From an uncultured Actinomycetota bacterium (GTDB taxonomy: Bacteria; Actinomycetota; Actinomycetes; Propionibacteriales; Nocardioidaceae): DNA of 64,000 nucleotides. The stretch is from NCBI GenBank assembly GCA_963740325.1, contig CAVUDQ010000002.1:118773-182772 (forward strand), read 5' to 3'. Below, in pieces: positions 41,628-51,476 of this stretch; the stretch's first letter is position 1, and each line of letters opens with the position of its first letter. The position numbers and the translations under genes were made by a program. Under the pieces are notes generated by a model. It made no database searches. It was not told where the DNA came from and saw only the letters and a program-made list of their open reading frames with translations.

Positions 41628-42347
41628 TCAGGGACGCAGCCGAAGCTCGCGGAGCCGGTCGTAGGCCGGCCGACAGGCCTCGGCGACCGCGGCGTCGTGC
41701 CGGCTCAGGTCGACCTCGCGGGGCCGGTACGGCGCGAAGCCGGTCGACGCCCGGACAGCGTGGTACCAGTGGGGCGCCCAGACTCCGTCGGAGTCGCGCG
41801 GCCCGGCGGGCCAGGAGAGCATCCGGTCGGTGAACGGGATGCCGAGCCAGTCGCACAGCCACCTCAGGTAGGACTCGGGGTCGCGCAGGAAGTCGGCCGC
41901 GTCGATCACGGGCGGCGGCTCCTCGAGCTGGTCGAGGAGCTCGACCTGCTGGAGCAGCCCGATGTCCTCGGGCTCGCACGCCTCCCGCGACCTCACGTAC
42001 GACGCCACGACCTCGGCCGGGTCGCGGACCAGCAGCACGTTGCGGAACTCCCGCGCCCAGGTCAGGTCCTGTCCGGGCTCGAGGTGCTGGGCCATGTGCT
42101 TGGCGTAGTGGACGGTGCGGCCCTCGGGCAGCGGCGCCCGGAGGTCGGCGAGCACCTGGTCGACGGCGGTCGGCTGCGAGGCGATGACCTCGTCGCGGGC
42201 CGGGTGGTCGAGCCCGGTGCGGAGGAGGTACGCCGCGTAGAGCGGCTCGTCGACCACGACCGTGTCGGGCCGGTTCTCCCAGGCCCGCATCATGGCCGTG
42301 GAGATGTTGCGCGGGCCGCTCCACATCGCGACCCTCACCTCCCTCAC
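41628..42347 (-). CDS. Sulfotransferase-like P-loop protein
   Basis: MWSGPRNISTAMMRAW, DEPLY, KHMAQH, LVRDP.EV..SY, W..HWY; GTG overlaps the upstream stop. Confidence 0.75.
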   Translation of the reverse strand: MREVRVAMWSGPRNISTAMMRAWENRPDTVVVDEPLYAAYLLRTGLDHPARDEVIASQPTAVDQVLADLRAPLPEGRTVHYAKHMAQHLEPGQDLTWAREFRNVLLVRDPAEVVASYVRSREACEPEDIGLLQQVELLDQLEEPPPVIDAADFLRDPESYLRWLCDWLGIPFTDRMLSWPAGPRDSDGVWAPHWYHAVRASTGFAPYRPREVDLSRHDAAVAEACRPAYDRLRELRLRP

Positions 42348-43273
42348 GGTGCGACCCGGCCCGCGACGTCGGCGACGACGTGGTCGGCGTACAGGCCCTG
42401 GAGCCGCTCGACCACCGGGCCGCGCGCCCCGGACCCGATGGTGCGGCCGTCGACGCTCCGGACCGGGACCAGCCCGGCGAAGGTGCCGGTGACGAACGCC
42501 TCGCGGGCCGAGTAGACGTCGGTGAGGCTGAACGTCGTCTCGCGGGCGGCGATGCCGGCGCGGCGGCAGACCTCCAGCACGTTGCCGCGGGTGATGCCGC
42601 CGAGGCAGAACCTGCCGTCGGAGGTCCACACCTCGTCGTCGGGCGTGACGATGAAGAAGTGGGTGGAGTTGCAGGTGGCGACGAAGCCGTGCGGGTCGAG
42701 CATCAGCGCCTCGTCGGCCCCGGCGGTGTAGGCCTGGATGCAGGCCGCGATGTCGTTGAGCTTGCTGTGGGCGTTGAGCTTGGGGTCGAGGGTGTCGGGG
42801 GTGGCCCTGCGGACGTGGGTCGTGAAGAGGGTGATGCCCTCGGTGACCGTGGCCGGCATGGGCTCCTTGTGCTCGGCGATGATCACGACGGTCGCGGGGC
42901 CGACGGTGACCCGGGGGTCCTGGTAGGGCGTCGACTTCACACCGCGGGTGACCATCAGCCGCACGTGGACGCCGTCGCGCATGTCGTTGGCGGCGAGGGT
43001 CGCGTAGATCGCGCGGGTGAGCTCCTCGCGCGACATCCCGATGTCGAGCACGATCGCGGCCGCGCCCTGCCACAGCCGGTCGAGGTGGGACTCGAGGAAC
43101 GCCGGGTGCCCGTCGTGGACCCGCAACCCCTCCCACACGCCGTCGCCGAGGACGAACCCGGAGTCGAAGACCGACACCACCGCCTCGGCGCGCGGTCGCA
43201 GCTCGCCGTTGACCCAGATCAGGATCCCGGCGTTGCGCGGGTCGTCGGCGTGGTCGTGGGTGCCGTGGGCCAT
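42344..43273 (-). CDS. Fold-type IV PLP enzyme (BCAT/DAAT-like)
   Basis: VSVFDSGFVLGDGVWEGLR, HLDRL, RLMVTRG, DEALMLD, LGGITR, EAFVTGT; TAGGGT-N6-ATG. Confidence 0.88.
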   Translation of the reverse strand: MAHGTHDHADDPRNAGILIWVNGELRPRAEAVVSVFDSGFVLGDGVWEGLRVHDGHPAFLESHLDRLWQGAAAIVLDIGMSREELTRAIYATLAANDMRDGVHVRLMVTRGVKSTPYQDPRVTVGPATVVIIAEHKEPMPATVTEGITLFTTHVRRATPDTLDPKLNAHSKLNDIAACIQAYTAGADEALMLDPHGFVATCNSTHFFIVTPDDEVWTSDGRFCLGGITRGNVLEVCRRAGIAARETTFSLTDVYSAREAFVTGTFAGLVPVRSVDGRTIGSGARGPVVERLQGLYADHVVADVAGRVAP

Positions 43274-43310
43274 GGGCTCACCCTAGGGGTGGGTGCGCCG
43301 GGCCTGTCCC

Positions 43311-43463
43311 TCACGCAGCACGGGCGGCGATCGACGTACCGCAGCGGGGGCAGTGGCGCCCGGCGCAGAGGTCCAGGTCCTGGCCGCAGGGGCAGGTGTC
43401 GGGGCGGCGCTCGTGGGGCTCCAGCGGGTGGAGCGTGGCCCAGGCGTGTCGCTCGGTGGTCAT
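43311..43463 (-). CDS. Small putative zinc-ribbon protein (50 aa)
   Basis: GGGAGG RBS; CPCG and CPRCG Cys pairs plus a fifth Cys. Confidence 0.6.
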   Translation of the reverse strand: MTTERHAWATLHPLEPHERRPDTCPCGQDLDLCAGRHCPRCGTSIAARAA

Positions 43464-43558
43464 CGTCGTCACCTCCCTCGGCAGTGGGTTCGGAGCGGTG
43501 GCCCCGGGTGGATGTCTGCTCGTGGAGGTAGACCCTCGGGGCAGGGCAGACTCATCGC

Positions 43559-44134
43559 ATGCCGGCACCCGATCCCGCCCCGTGGGCGGACGCGCTGCTC
43601 GTCGTCGACGTCCAGCGGGCGCTGGTCGAGGGGCCGCAATCGGTGGCGGGGGCCGAGGCGTTCCTCGACCGCTGGCGACGCGCCCTGGGCGTCGCCCGCG
43701 ACGCTGGTGTGCCGGTCGTGCACCTGCAGGACGACGGGCGCGACCCGGGCTCGCTCATCCCGCGCGGGACGCCCGGGTGGGAGCTGGTGCTCGACGTGGC
43801 GGTGGGGGAGCAGGTGGTCGCGAAGGCGCACGACGACGGCTTCGACGGCACCGACCTCGACGCGCTGCTCCGGTCGCGGGGAGCGGCCCGGCCCTGCGTG
43901 GTCGGCATCCAGTCCGAGATGTGTGTGGCCGGTACCGCCCGTGGGGCGCTGGCCCGCGGCTACGAGGTCGTGCTCCCGCGCGACGGCCACACGACGTACG
44001 ACGTCCCGGCCGACGGGGCTGCGCCCGCCGTCCCCGCCGCGCTGGTCGCCCGGGTGGCGGAGTGGTCGCTGGGTGACGGGGTCGTCGCCCCGCCGCGGCT
44101 CGCCGACGTGGTGTTCGTCGCCCCCGCGACCTGA
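43559..44134 (+). CDS. Isochorismatase/cysteine hydrolase family protein
   Basis: ALLVVDVQ, VAK...GF, VVGIQSEMCV, DGHTT. Confidence 0.9.
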   Translation: MPAPDPAPWADALLVVDVQRALVEGPQSVAGAEAFLDRWRRALGVARDAGVPVVHLQDDGRDPGSLIPRGTPGWELVLDVAVGEQVVAKAHDDGFDGTDLDALLRSRGAARPCVVGIQSEMCVAGTARGALARGYEVVLPRDGHTTYDVPADGAAPAVPAALVARVAEWSLGDGVVAPPRLADVVFVAPAT

Positions 44135-44168
44135 GCCACGGGGTGACTCAGGTCGGAGCGACCAGGGA

Positions 44169-44801
44169 TCAGCCGCGCCGGGCGCTGATCCGGTTGCCGC
44201 GGCCGTCGTCACGGACCGCGGTCTCGCCGCGGCGGACCCGGACGGAGTTGTCGTCGCCGGAGACGACGAGCGAGTCGAGACGGCGGTAGCGCAGCGTGTT
44301 GCCGTCGCCGCCGACCGAGGCGTCGTAGCCGCGGCCGGTACGGAGGGTGGTGCGCGAGCCGGGCACCGTGACGTCGTACACCCGGTCGGCGGTGACCGTG
44401 GCGCGGCGGCCACCGAGCCGGGCGGTCTCGACGAGGCCCTCGACCTCGACCGTCGTGGCGGGCGACGCCACTCGCAGCACTCGCGCAGCTGCCGGGCGGA
44501 CGTCCTGGTGCCGACCACGGACGACCAGGGTGTCGACCGACTTGCTGACCACGGTGTTGCCGTGGCCGCGCACGACCACGCGGGTCGCGGTCGGGATCCG
44601 GGCGACGACGTCGTCGGCCAGCACCTTCACCACGCCGCAGGTGCCGTTGACGTCGTAGGTGACGTCGTCCCAGCGAAGCTCGACCGTGCCGTGGGAGCAG
44701 TCGACAGGAACCGCCAGCGCGGCGTCGGCCGGGACCGCGGTCAGGCCGAGGGGGACGAGCAGGCTCGCGGTGACGGCGGCGAGACGACGGGCGGGGGGCA
44801 C
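44169..44801 (-). CDS. Secreted beta-solenoid protein (DUF3060-like)
   Basis: GGAGG RBS before GTG; signal peptide; repeated V.G.GN.V motifs. Confidence 0.65.
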   Translation of the reverse strand: MPPARRLAAVTASLLVPLGLTAVPADAALAVPVDCSHGTVELRWDDVTYDVNGTCGVVKVLADDVVARIPTATRVVVRGHGNTVVSKSVDTLVVRGRHQDVRPAAARVLRVASPATTVEVEGLVETARLGGRRATVTADRVYDVTVPGSRTTLRTGRGYDASVGGDGNTLRYRRLDSLVVSGDDNSVRVRRGETAVRDDGRGNRISARRG

Positions 44802-44907
44802 GGGACCTCCTGGAAGACGGCATACCTTCGGTACGTACCGCCAGTATGACAACCCCGTCCACGCCCTGTCGCGTCAGGGAGCGGTGATGTCGGGCACAGC
44901 GCGCGGG

Positions 44908-45648
44908 TCAGGCCTGGGTGGCCTCGGTCAGCGGCGCCGGCTCCTCGCCGCCGAGCAGCAGGGCGTAGCTGACCCCGGCGATCACCGCACCCACGAGCGG
45001 CGCCAGCCAGAACGCCCACAGCTGCATCAGCGCGTCGGCACCCGCGAAGAGTGCGGGGCCGGTCGAGCGGGCCGGGTTCACCGACGTGTTGCTGACGGGG
45101 ATGCTCACCAGGTGGATCACGGTGAGCGAGAGCCCGATCGCGATCGGCGCGAAGCCCTTCGGGGCGCGGGTGTCGGTGGCGCCGAGGATGACGTAGAGGA
45201 AGAACGCGGTCAGCACCACCTCGACGACCAGCACCGACAGCAGCGAGTAGCCGCCCGGCGATCGGTCGCCGTAGCCGTTGGTGGCGAACCCGGACTCCGA
45301 CGCGCTGAACCCCTCGACCCCGCTGGCGATCACCCACAGCACCGCCGCGGCCACGATCGCCGCGACGACCTGGGTCACCACGTAGGCAGGCACGTCCCGC
45401 CACGCGAACCGGCGGGCGGTCGCCAGGCCCAGGGTCACCGCCGGGTTGAAGTGCCCGCCGCTGACGTGCCCGACGGCGTACGCCATGGTGAGCACGGTGA
45501 GGCCGAAGGCCATCGCCACCCCGAGGAACCCGATCCCGAAGCCCGGGAACCCGGCAGCGAGGACCGCGCTGCCACACCCTCCCAGGACCAGCCAGAAGGT
45601 GCCGAGGAACTCCGCCCCGAGCCGTTGCGCCGTCGTGTGTCCGCCCAT
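44908..45648 (-). CDS. aqpZ: Aquaporin Z
   Basis: [34 protein letters not shown]. Confidence 0.95.
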   Translation of the reverse strand: MGGHTTAQRLGAEFLGTFWLVLGGCGSAVLAAGFPGFGIGFLGVAMAFGLTVLTMAYAVGHVSGGHFNPAVTLGLATARRFAWRDVPAYVVTQVVAAIVAAAVLWVIASGVEGFSASESGFATNGYGDRSPGGYSLLSVLVVEVVLTAFFLYVILGATDTRAPKGFAPIAIGLSLTVIHLVSIPVSNTSVNPARSTGPALFAGADALMQLWAFWLAPLVGAVIAGVSYALLLGGEEPAPLTEATQA

Positions 45649-45849
45649 GTCACGTCTCCCCTTCCGTGCGGCGGTCGGACCTCATCGTGCTCCCGGCGAG
45701 GGTGTCGGGGGAAGCCCCGACCACGGGAGCCGTGGGGGCAGAACGTCACGTCTCGGTCTCGACCGCTGTCCGCCGGAGGTCCGCTCTGGCAGAATCGGAG
45801 CTGCGGTCCCCCGGCCGACGTTCGATCAGGTACACATCCGGAGGTGGCC

Positions 45850-46755
45850 ATGCGCATCCGTTCCCTCTTCGCCGTGCTGACGGCGCTGCTCGTGTCGATG
45901 CTCGCCGCCTGCGGAGGCGGCGGTGACAGCGCCGATTCCAGCGACGGCGAGTCCTCCGCCGCGTCCGGCGAGGGCGTGTGTGCGGGCGAGACCACCGACC
46001 TGCTCGCGCAGGTCTGCGACGACGGGGTCCTCACCGTGTCCACCGACCCGGCGTACCCACCCCAGTCCAAGTTGAACGAGCAGACGGGCGAGTACGAAGG
46101 TTTCGACATCGACGTCGCCACCGAGATCGCCACCCGGCTCGGCGTCGACGTCGGCTGGGAGGCCCCGGCCTGGGACGTCATCACCGCCGGCAGCTGGAAC
46201 GGTCGCTGGGACACCACGGTGGGCTCGATGACGCCCACGAACGACCGGCAGGAGGTGCTCTACTTCACCGAGCCGTACAACTACGTTCCTGCCGTGGTCG
46301 TGGTCCGCGCTGACGACGATGAGGTCACCGACGTCAGCACCGACCTCGACGGCGCGACCATCGGGGTCTGCAGCGGCTGCACCTACGAGCAGTTCCTCAA
46401 CAAGGAGCTCGACATCGAGGGCTACACCTTCGACTACGTCATCGACGACGCCGAGGTCTCCGGCTACGACACGGACACGACGGCCCTGCAGGACCTCGCC
46501 AACGGGCGCGTCGACGCGGTGATCACCTCGGTGACGACCGCGCAGGGTTACATCGACGCGGGCAACCCGGTGAAGATCGTGGGCGACCCGGTGTTCAACG
46601 AGCCCCTGTCGGTGGGCTTCGACAAGAGCTCGGACCCGTCGTCGGAGAGCCTCTGGAAGGCGGTCGACGGGATCGTCGCCGACATGCACGAGGACGGCAC
46701 CCTCTCCGCGATGGCGGAGGAGTGGTACGGCCTCGACACCACGACACAGGAGTGA
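45850..46755 (+). CDS. Polar amino-acid ABC transporter substrate-binding lipoprotein
   Basis: Lipobox LAAC; DPAYPP, GFDIDVA, MTPT.DRQ, DLANGRVDA. Confidence 0.92.
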   Translation: MRIRSLFAVLTALLVSMLAACGGGGDSADSSDGESSAASGEGVCAGETTDLLAQVCDDGVLTVSTDPAYPPQSKLNEQTGEYEGFDIDVATEIATRLGVDVGWEAPAWDVITAGSWNGRWDTTVGSMTPTNDRQEVLYFTEPYNYVPAVVVVRADDDEVTDVSTDLDGATIGVCSGCTYEQFLNKELDIEGYTFDYVIDDAEVSGYDTDTTALQDLANGRVDAVITSVTTAQGYIDAGNPVKIVGDPVFNEPLSVGFDKSSDPSSESLWKAVDGIVADMHEDGTLSAMAEEWYGLDTTTQE

Positions 46756-46798
46756 CGGCGCCCATCGTGGACGGGGGGCCCGGGCGGGCCGGGGAGCG

Positions 46799-47677
46799 AT
46801 GACACAGTTCTGGGAGCGGCTGCAGCTCGCCTCCGCGCGAGTGCCCTTCCGCGCGAAGAACGCCGCCGTCTGGGTCGTGCTCTTCGCCCTGCTCGCCTTC
46901 TTCGGCAATGCCGCCGGCTTCGACCTCCAGTGGATCAGCGACAACTTCCGCTACATCCTCGGCGGGCTGCCCTACACCGCGGCCATCGCGGTGGGAGGCA
47001 TCGCGCTGGCGGTCGTGATGGCGCTCTTCGGCGCGCTGTCCCGGCTCTCGCGCAACCCGGTCCCGTTCGCCGTCGCCGGCTTCTACGTGTCGTTCTTCCG
47101 GGGCACGCCGCTGATCGTGCAGATGTTCCTGATCTACCTGGCCCTGCCTCCGGTCGGGCAGAACCTCGCCGCGAAGTACACCTGGCTGCCCGAGGGCTTC
47201 GACGAGGCACTGATCTTCGACGCCGCGACCGCCGGCACCATCGCCCTCGGACTCAACTACGGCGCCTACATGACCGAGATCTTCCGGGCCGGCATCCAGT
47301 CGGTGGCCGGCGGCCAGGGCGAGGCCGCCGACGCGCTCGGCATGACGTACGGCCAGAAGATGCGCAGGGTGGTGCTGCCGCAGGCGTTCCGGGTGATCAT
47401 CCCGCCGACCGGCAACGAGTTCATCGCGATGATGAAGGACACCGCCCTGGTGTCGTTCCTCGGTGTGACCGCGGCCAGCGCCGAGATCTTCCGCCGCTCC
47501 CAGCTGGTCGGCAAGGCGGACTTCAAGAACCTCGAGGCCTACGTCACCGTCGCGATGGTCTACTGGGCCCTCACGGTGCTGTTCACCTTCTTCCAGAGCC
47601 GGCTGGAGGCGCGGGTGGGCCGCGGCTACGACCGCGAGCACGTGGTGCGGGCGATGCAGGCCCAGGAGCCTCACTGA
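46799..47677 (+). CDS. Amino-acid ABC transporter permease
   Basis: [38 protein letters not shown]. Confidence 0.93.
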   Translation: MTQFWERLQLASARVPFRAKNAAVWVVLFALLAFFGNAAGFDLQWISDNFRYILGGLPYTAAIAVGGIALAVVMALFGALSRLSRNPVPFAVAGFYVSFFRGTPLIVQMFLIYLALPPVGQNLAAKYTWLPEGFDEALIFDAATAGTIALGLNYGAYMTEIFRAGIQSVAGGQGEAADALGMTYGQKMRRVVLPQAFRVIIPPTGNEFIAMMKDTALVSFLGVTAASAEIFRRSQLVGKADFKNLEAYVTVAMVYWALTVLFTFFQSRLEARVGRGYDREHVVRAMQAQEPH

Positions 47678-48435
47678 TGACCCGCGACGTCGTCGTCCGG
47701 CTGGACGCGCTGCACAAGAGCTTCGGACACCTCGAGGTCGTCCGCGGCATCGACATGGAGGTGCACCGCGGCGAGGTGGTCGTGGTGTTCGGGCGCTCGG
47801 GGTCGGGCAAGTCCACGGTGCTGCGCTGCATCAACTTCATCGACGACCCCACCGCCGGTTCCGTCGAGGTGTCGGGGATCCGGTTGGAGGGTGGGTACCG
47901 GACCCGGCGGAAGCGCGAGCAGATCCGCCAGCTCCGGCTGCACGTCGGGATGGTGTTCCAGCAGTTCAACCTGTTCCCGAACATGACCGTGCTCGACAAC
48001 GTGACCTGCGCGCCGCGCTGCGCCGGCCGCGGCACCGAGAAGCAGATCGTCGCGCGGGCCAAGGAGCTGATCGATCAGGTCGGCCTGGCCGACAAGGCGG
48101 CGGAGCATCCGATCCGGCTCTCCGGCGGCCAGCAGCAGCGAGTGGCGATCGCCCGGGCGCTGGCCATGGAGCCCGACGTGATGCTCTTCGACGAGCCGAC
48201 GTCGGCCCTCGACCCCGAGCTCACCGGCGAGGTCCTGGCGGTGATGAGGTCGCTCTCCACCGAGATGCACATGACCATGATGGTGGTGACCCACGAGATG
48301 GGCTTCGCCCGCGAGGTCGCGGACCGGATGGCGTTCTTCCACGAGGGCCGGATCCTCGAGGAGGGGCCACCCGACCAGCTGATCACGTCACCTGCGCACG
48401 CCGAGACGCAGGCGTTCCTCGACGCAGTGCTCTGA
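47677..48435 (+). CDS. Amino-acid ABC transporter ATP-binding protein
   Basis: [48 protein letters not shown]. Confidence 0.95.
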   Translation: MTRDVVVRLDALHKSFGHLEVVRGIDMEVHRGEVVVVFGRSGSGKSTVLRCINFIDDPTAGSVEVSGIRLEGGYRTRRKREQIRQLRLHVGMVFQQFNLFPNMTVLDNVTCAPRCAGRGTEKQIVARAKELIDQVGLADKAAEHPIRLSGGQQQRVAIARALAMEPDVMLFDEPTSALDPELTGEVLAVMRSLSTEMHMTMMVVTHEMGFAREVADRMAFFHEGRILEEGPPDQLITSPAHAETQAFLDAVL

Positions 48436-48449
48436 CCGGTCCTACCCAC

Positions 48450-48478
48450 GTGACGTCTGAATGGTCATTCAGTATGAT
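48450..48478 (+). promoter_or_regulatory. Principal-sigma-type promoter with a palindromic operator in the spacer
   Basis: GTGACG-N17-TATGAT; perfect inverted repeat CTGAATG-gt-CATTCAG at 48457-48472. Confidence 0.7.
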
Positions 48479-48514
48479 CGCCGGAGTCCGGCGAGGCCGG
48501 GGGAGGGGAGCGAG

Positions 48515-49729
48515 ATGATCCGGACGACGCCGTTCCACGAGCGGCTCGCGGAGCTCAACGACCAGCACCTCTACACGCACTGGCAGGGCCACCTGTCGGC
48601 GCTGCGCTACTCCGACGCGCCGAAGCACGAGTACTTCGCGGTGCGCAACGGCGTCGGGATCTTCGACACCTCGCCCCTCTTCAAGTGCCGCATCTCCGGC
48701 GCGGACGCGGAGGCGTTCCTCGGCGGCCTGATGGTGCGCGACATCGTTGCCTGTCGCCCCGGCCGGGCGGCGTACACCCTGTGGTGCGACGACCGGGGGT
48801 ACGTCATGGAGGACGGCGTGGTCTTCCGGCACGGGGACCGGGAGTTCCTGCTCACGTCCGCCAGACCGGTGCTGGGCTGGCTGTCGGACCACCGGCACCG
48901 CATGCGGGTCGACCTGGAGGACGTCACCGACGACCACGGGATGCTCGCGGTCCAGGGCCCGCGGTCGCGCGAGGTGCTGGCCACGCTGGTGCCCGAGGTG
49001 ACGGAGCTGCCCTACTTCGGCCTCGTCGAGGCCAAGGTCGGCTCCGTCCCCGTCGTCGTGTCCCGCACCGGGTACACCGGCGACCTCGGCTTCGAGCTGC
49101 TGGTGCCGGCCGACGACGCGGTGTCGGTGCTGGACGCCGTCCTCGAGGCCGGCCGGCCGCACGGCATGCGGCCGTTCGGCGAGGAGGCGCTGATGACCCT
49201 GCGGATCGAGGCCGGGCTGCCGCTCGGCGACATCGAGTGGCACGACAGCCGCACGGCGTGGACCGACCACGACCGCGTCACCCCGCGCGAGCTCGGCCAG
49301 GGCTGGATGCTCAAGGGCGTGCGCGACCGGACCCGCCGGTTCGTCGGCAGCGAGGCGATCCGCCGCGAGCTGGTCGACGGCACCTCGCGGTGGACCACGA
49401 CCGGGATCGTCGTCGACTGGGCCGACTGGGACCGGCTGCACCGCGACGCGGGCGAGCTTCCCCCGATGGACCCGCAGCAGCTCGGCTGGGAGCAGTGGCT
49501 GCGCGCCGACGCGGAAGGCTCGGGTGAGCAGGTCGGCTACGTCACCAGCTTCTGCTACTCGCCGGTGCTCCAGCGGCACATCGGCCTGGCGCGGGTACGC
49601 CCCGGCCTGGCCGACCCCGGCACGGCCCTGCACATGGAGACCACGCTGCACCACAGCACCCACATGGTCGCCGTGACCACCGTCCCACTGCCCTTCTTCA
49701 ACCCTGCTCGAAAGACGGCCACACCATGA
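48515..49729 (+). CDS. GcvT-like aminomethyltransferase / folate-binding family protein
   Basis: RTTPFH, GIFDTSPL, LAVQGP, SRTGYTGDLGFEL, LRIEAGL. Confidence 0.88.
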   Translation: MIRTTPFHERLAELNDQHLYTHWQGHLSALRYSDAPKHEYFAVRNGVGIFDTSPLFKCRISGADAEAFLGGLMVRDIVACRPGRAAYTLWCDDRGYVMEDGVVFRHGDREFLLTSARPVLGWLSDHRHRMRVDLEDVTDDHGMLAVQGPRSREVLATLVPEVTELPYFGLVEAKVGSVPVVVSRTGYTGDLGFELLVPADDAVSVLDAVLEAGRPHGMRPFGEEALMTLRIEAGLPLGDIEWHDSRTAWTDHDRVTPRELGQGWMLKGVRDRTRRFVGSEAIRRELVDGTSRWTTTGIVVDWADWDRLHRDAGELPPMDPQQLGWEQWLRADAEGSGEQVGYVTSFCYSPVLQRHIGLARVRPGLADPGTALHMETTLHHSTHMVAVTTVPLPFFNPARKTATP

Positions 49730-51357
49730 CGGACCCCAGCCCGACGACCGGCCGCACCGCCACGTCGTACGACGCCATCGTCGTCGGCGGTGGCCACAAC
49801 GGCCTCACGAACGCTGCGTACCTCGCCAAGGCCGGCCTGCGCACGCTGGTGCTCGAGCAGCGCCACCTCGTCGGCGGCGCGGCGATCACCGAGGAGCTGC
49901 GGCCCGGGTTCTCGTTCACCACGTTCTCCTATGCACTCAGCCTGCTGCGGCCGGAGATCGTCCACGAGCTCGACCTCGTCGAGCACGGGTTCATGCCGCT
50001 GATGATGCCGGGCGACTTCCACCCGACCGGCGACGGCGACTACCTGCTGTTCGGCGACGACGACGAACAGAACGTGCAGATGATCCGGCGGCACTCGCGC
50101 CACGACGCCGATGCCTACACGCGCTACAACTACGACGTCGATCGCATCATCCAGGCGGTGCGGCCGCTGTTCGACAACGCGCCCCCGAACATCTTCGGCA
50201 GCGACCCCGAGGACCAGGCCGACGTGGCCTGGTTGCTCAAGCACCTCGGCAGCGTGGACCGGAAGACGATCCACGACACCGTGCGGATGCTGACCGGAAG
50301 CGCGGCCGACCTGCTGGACGACTACTTCGAGTACGAGCCGCTCAAGGGCTACCTCGCGTCGTCCTCCAACATCGGCAACCAGATCGGCCCGATGTCCGGT
50401 GGGTCCGGACTGGTGCTGCTCTACCACAAGATGGGCGAGCACGACGGGCACCTCGGGTCGTGGTCCTTCCACAAGGGTGGCAACGGCGGGTTCACCCAGG
50501 TGCTCGCCCGCGCGGCCGCGTCGTGGGGTGCCGAGATCGAGCTCGAGGCCCGGGTCGACCGGGTGCTGACCCGCGACGGCCGCGCCACCGGCGTGGTGCT
50601 TGCCGACGGCACCGAGCTGACCGCCCCGGTCGTGGTGTCGGCCCTCGACGCCCGCCGTACCTTCCTCGAGCTGGTCGACCCGCGCGAGCTGCCCGACGAC
50701 CTGGTCGACAACGTGCGGCGGACCCGCTACCGCGGCTCGTCCGCCAAGGTGAACTTCGCGCTCGACGGGATGCCGCAGTTCCCCGGCCTGGCCGGCGCTG
50801 CTCCCTTCGGCGGGTTCCTCAACATCGGCCCGACGCTCGACTACCTCGAGCGGGCCTACGACGCCGCCAAGTACGGCTGGTACTCCGACCGCCCGTTCAT
50901 CGATGGCGCCCTGCAGTCGGTGATCGACCCCGACATGGCGCCTCCTGGCAAGCACGTGCTGTCGTGCTTCGTGCAGCACGCGCCGTACGAGCTCAAGGGC
51001 CCCGACGGTTCCCGTGTCGACTGGGAGACCGAGCGGGAGCGCCTGGGCGACACCGCCCAGGCCGTGCTCGAGGAGCACTTCCCGGGCTTCGGCGACCTGG
51101 TCCTGCAGCGGGAGGTCGTCACGCCGGCCGACATCGAGCGGGTCACCGGCCTGTCCGAGGGCAACATCTTCGCCGGCGAGTTCCTCGCCCCGCAGATGTA
51201 CTTCTTCCGGCCCTCGCCGGGCTGGAGCCAGTACGGCACCCCGATCGCCGGCTACTACCAGTGCGGCTCGGGCACCCACCCCGGCGGCTGCGTCATCGGC
51301 TCGCCCGGCCGGCTCGCCAGCCAGCGGATCCTGCGCGACCGGGCCACGGGGCGGTAG
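49726..51357 (+). CDS. FAD-dependent oxidoreductase, phytoene desaturase-like family
   Basis: IVVGGGHNGL..AAYLAKAG, LEQR..VGGA, C-terminal GSGTHPGG.V.G.PG; ATGA overlap. Confidence 0.88.
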   Translation: MTDPSPTTGRTATSYDAIVVGGGHNGLTNAAYLAKAGLRTLVLEQRHLVGGAAITEELRPGFSFTTFSYALSLLRPEIVHELDLVEHGFMPLMMPGDFHPTGDGDYLLFGDDDEQNVQMIRRHSRHDADAYTRYNYDVDRIIQAVRPLFDNAPPNIFGSDPEDQADVAWLLKHLGSVDRKTIHDTVRMLTGSAADLLDDYFEYEPLKGYLASSSNIGNQIGPMSGGSGLVLLYHKMGEHDGHLGSWSFHKGGNGGFTQVLARAAASWGAEIELEARVDRVLTRDGRATGVVLADGTELTAPVVVSALDARRTFLELVDPRELPDDLVDNVRRTRYRGSSAKVNFALDGMPQFPGLAGAAPFGGFLNIGPTLDYLERAYDAAKYGWYSDRPFIDGALQSVIDPDMAPPGKHVLSCFVQHAPYELKGPDGSRVDWETERERLGDTAQAVLEEHFPGFGDLVLQREVVTPADIERVTGLSEGNIFAGEFLAPQMYFFRPSPGWSQYGTPIAGYYQCGSGTHPGGCVIGSPGRLASQRILRDRATGR

Positions 51358-51423
51358 CCGGGGGAGGTGCCGGCAAGCCGGTGCCGATCCGGGGGCTGGT
51401 GCGCTGATAGGGTCGGGTCCGGC

Positions 51424-51467
51424 TCGACATCCTTTAACGATCCGTCCCGTGAGGCGGAGAAGGAGGT
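51424..51467 (+). promoter_or_regulatory. Second PyrR-binding leader upstream of carA
   Basis: tcgacatcctttaacgatccgtcccgtgaggcggagaaggaggt, 43/44 identical to 32933-32976; -10 TAGGGT at 51408. Confidence 0.88.
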
Positions 51468-51476
51468 ACGACGGAG

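Noticed and set aside
49726-51357. Carotenoid desaturase CrtI/CrtO
   Set aside because: No crtB/crtE or other carotenoid genes; coupled instead to a GcvT-like gene
35828-51400. Single genomic island or prophage
   Set aside because: No integrase, transposase, phage genes, tRNA target or flanking direct repeats seen; looks like gradual accretion. GC and codon statistics were not computed
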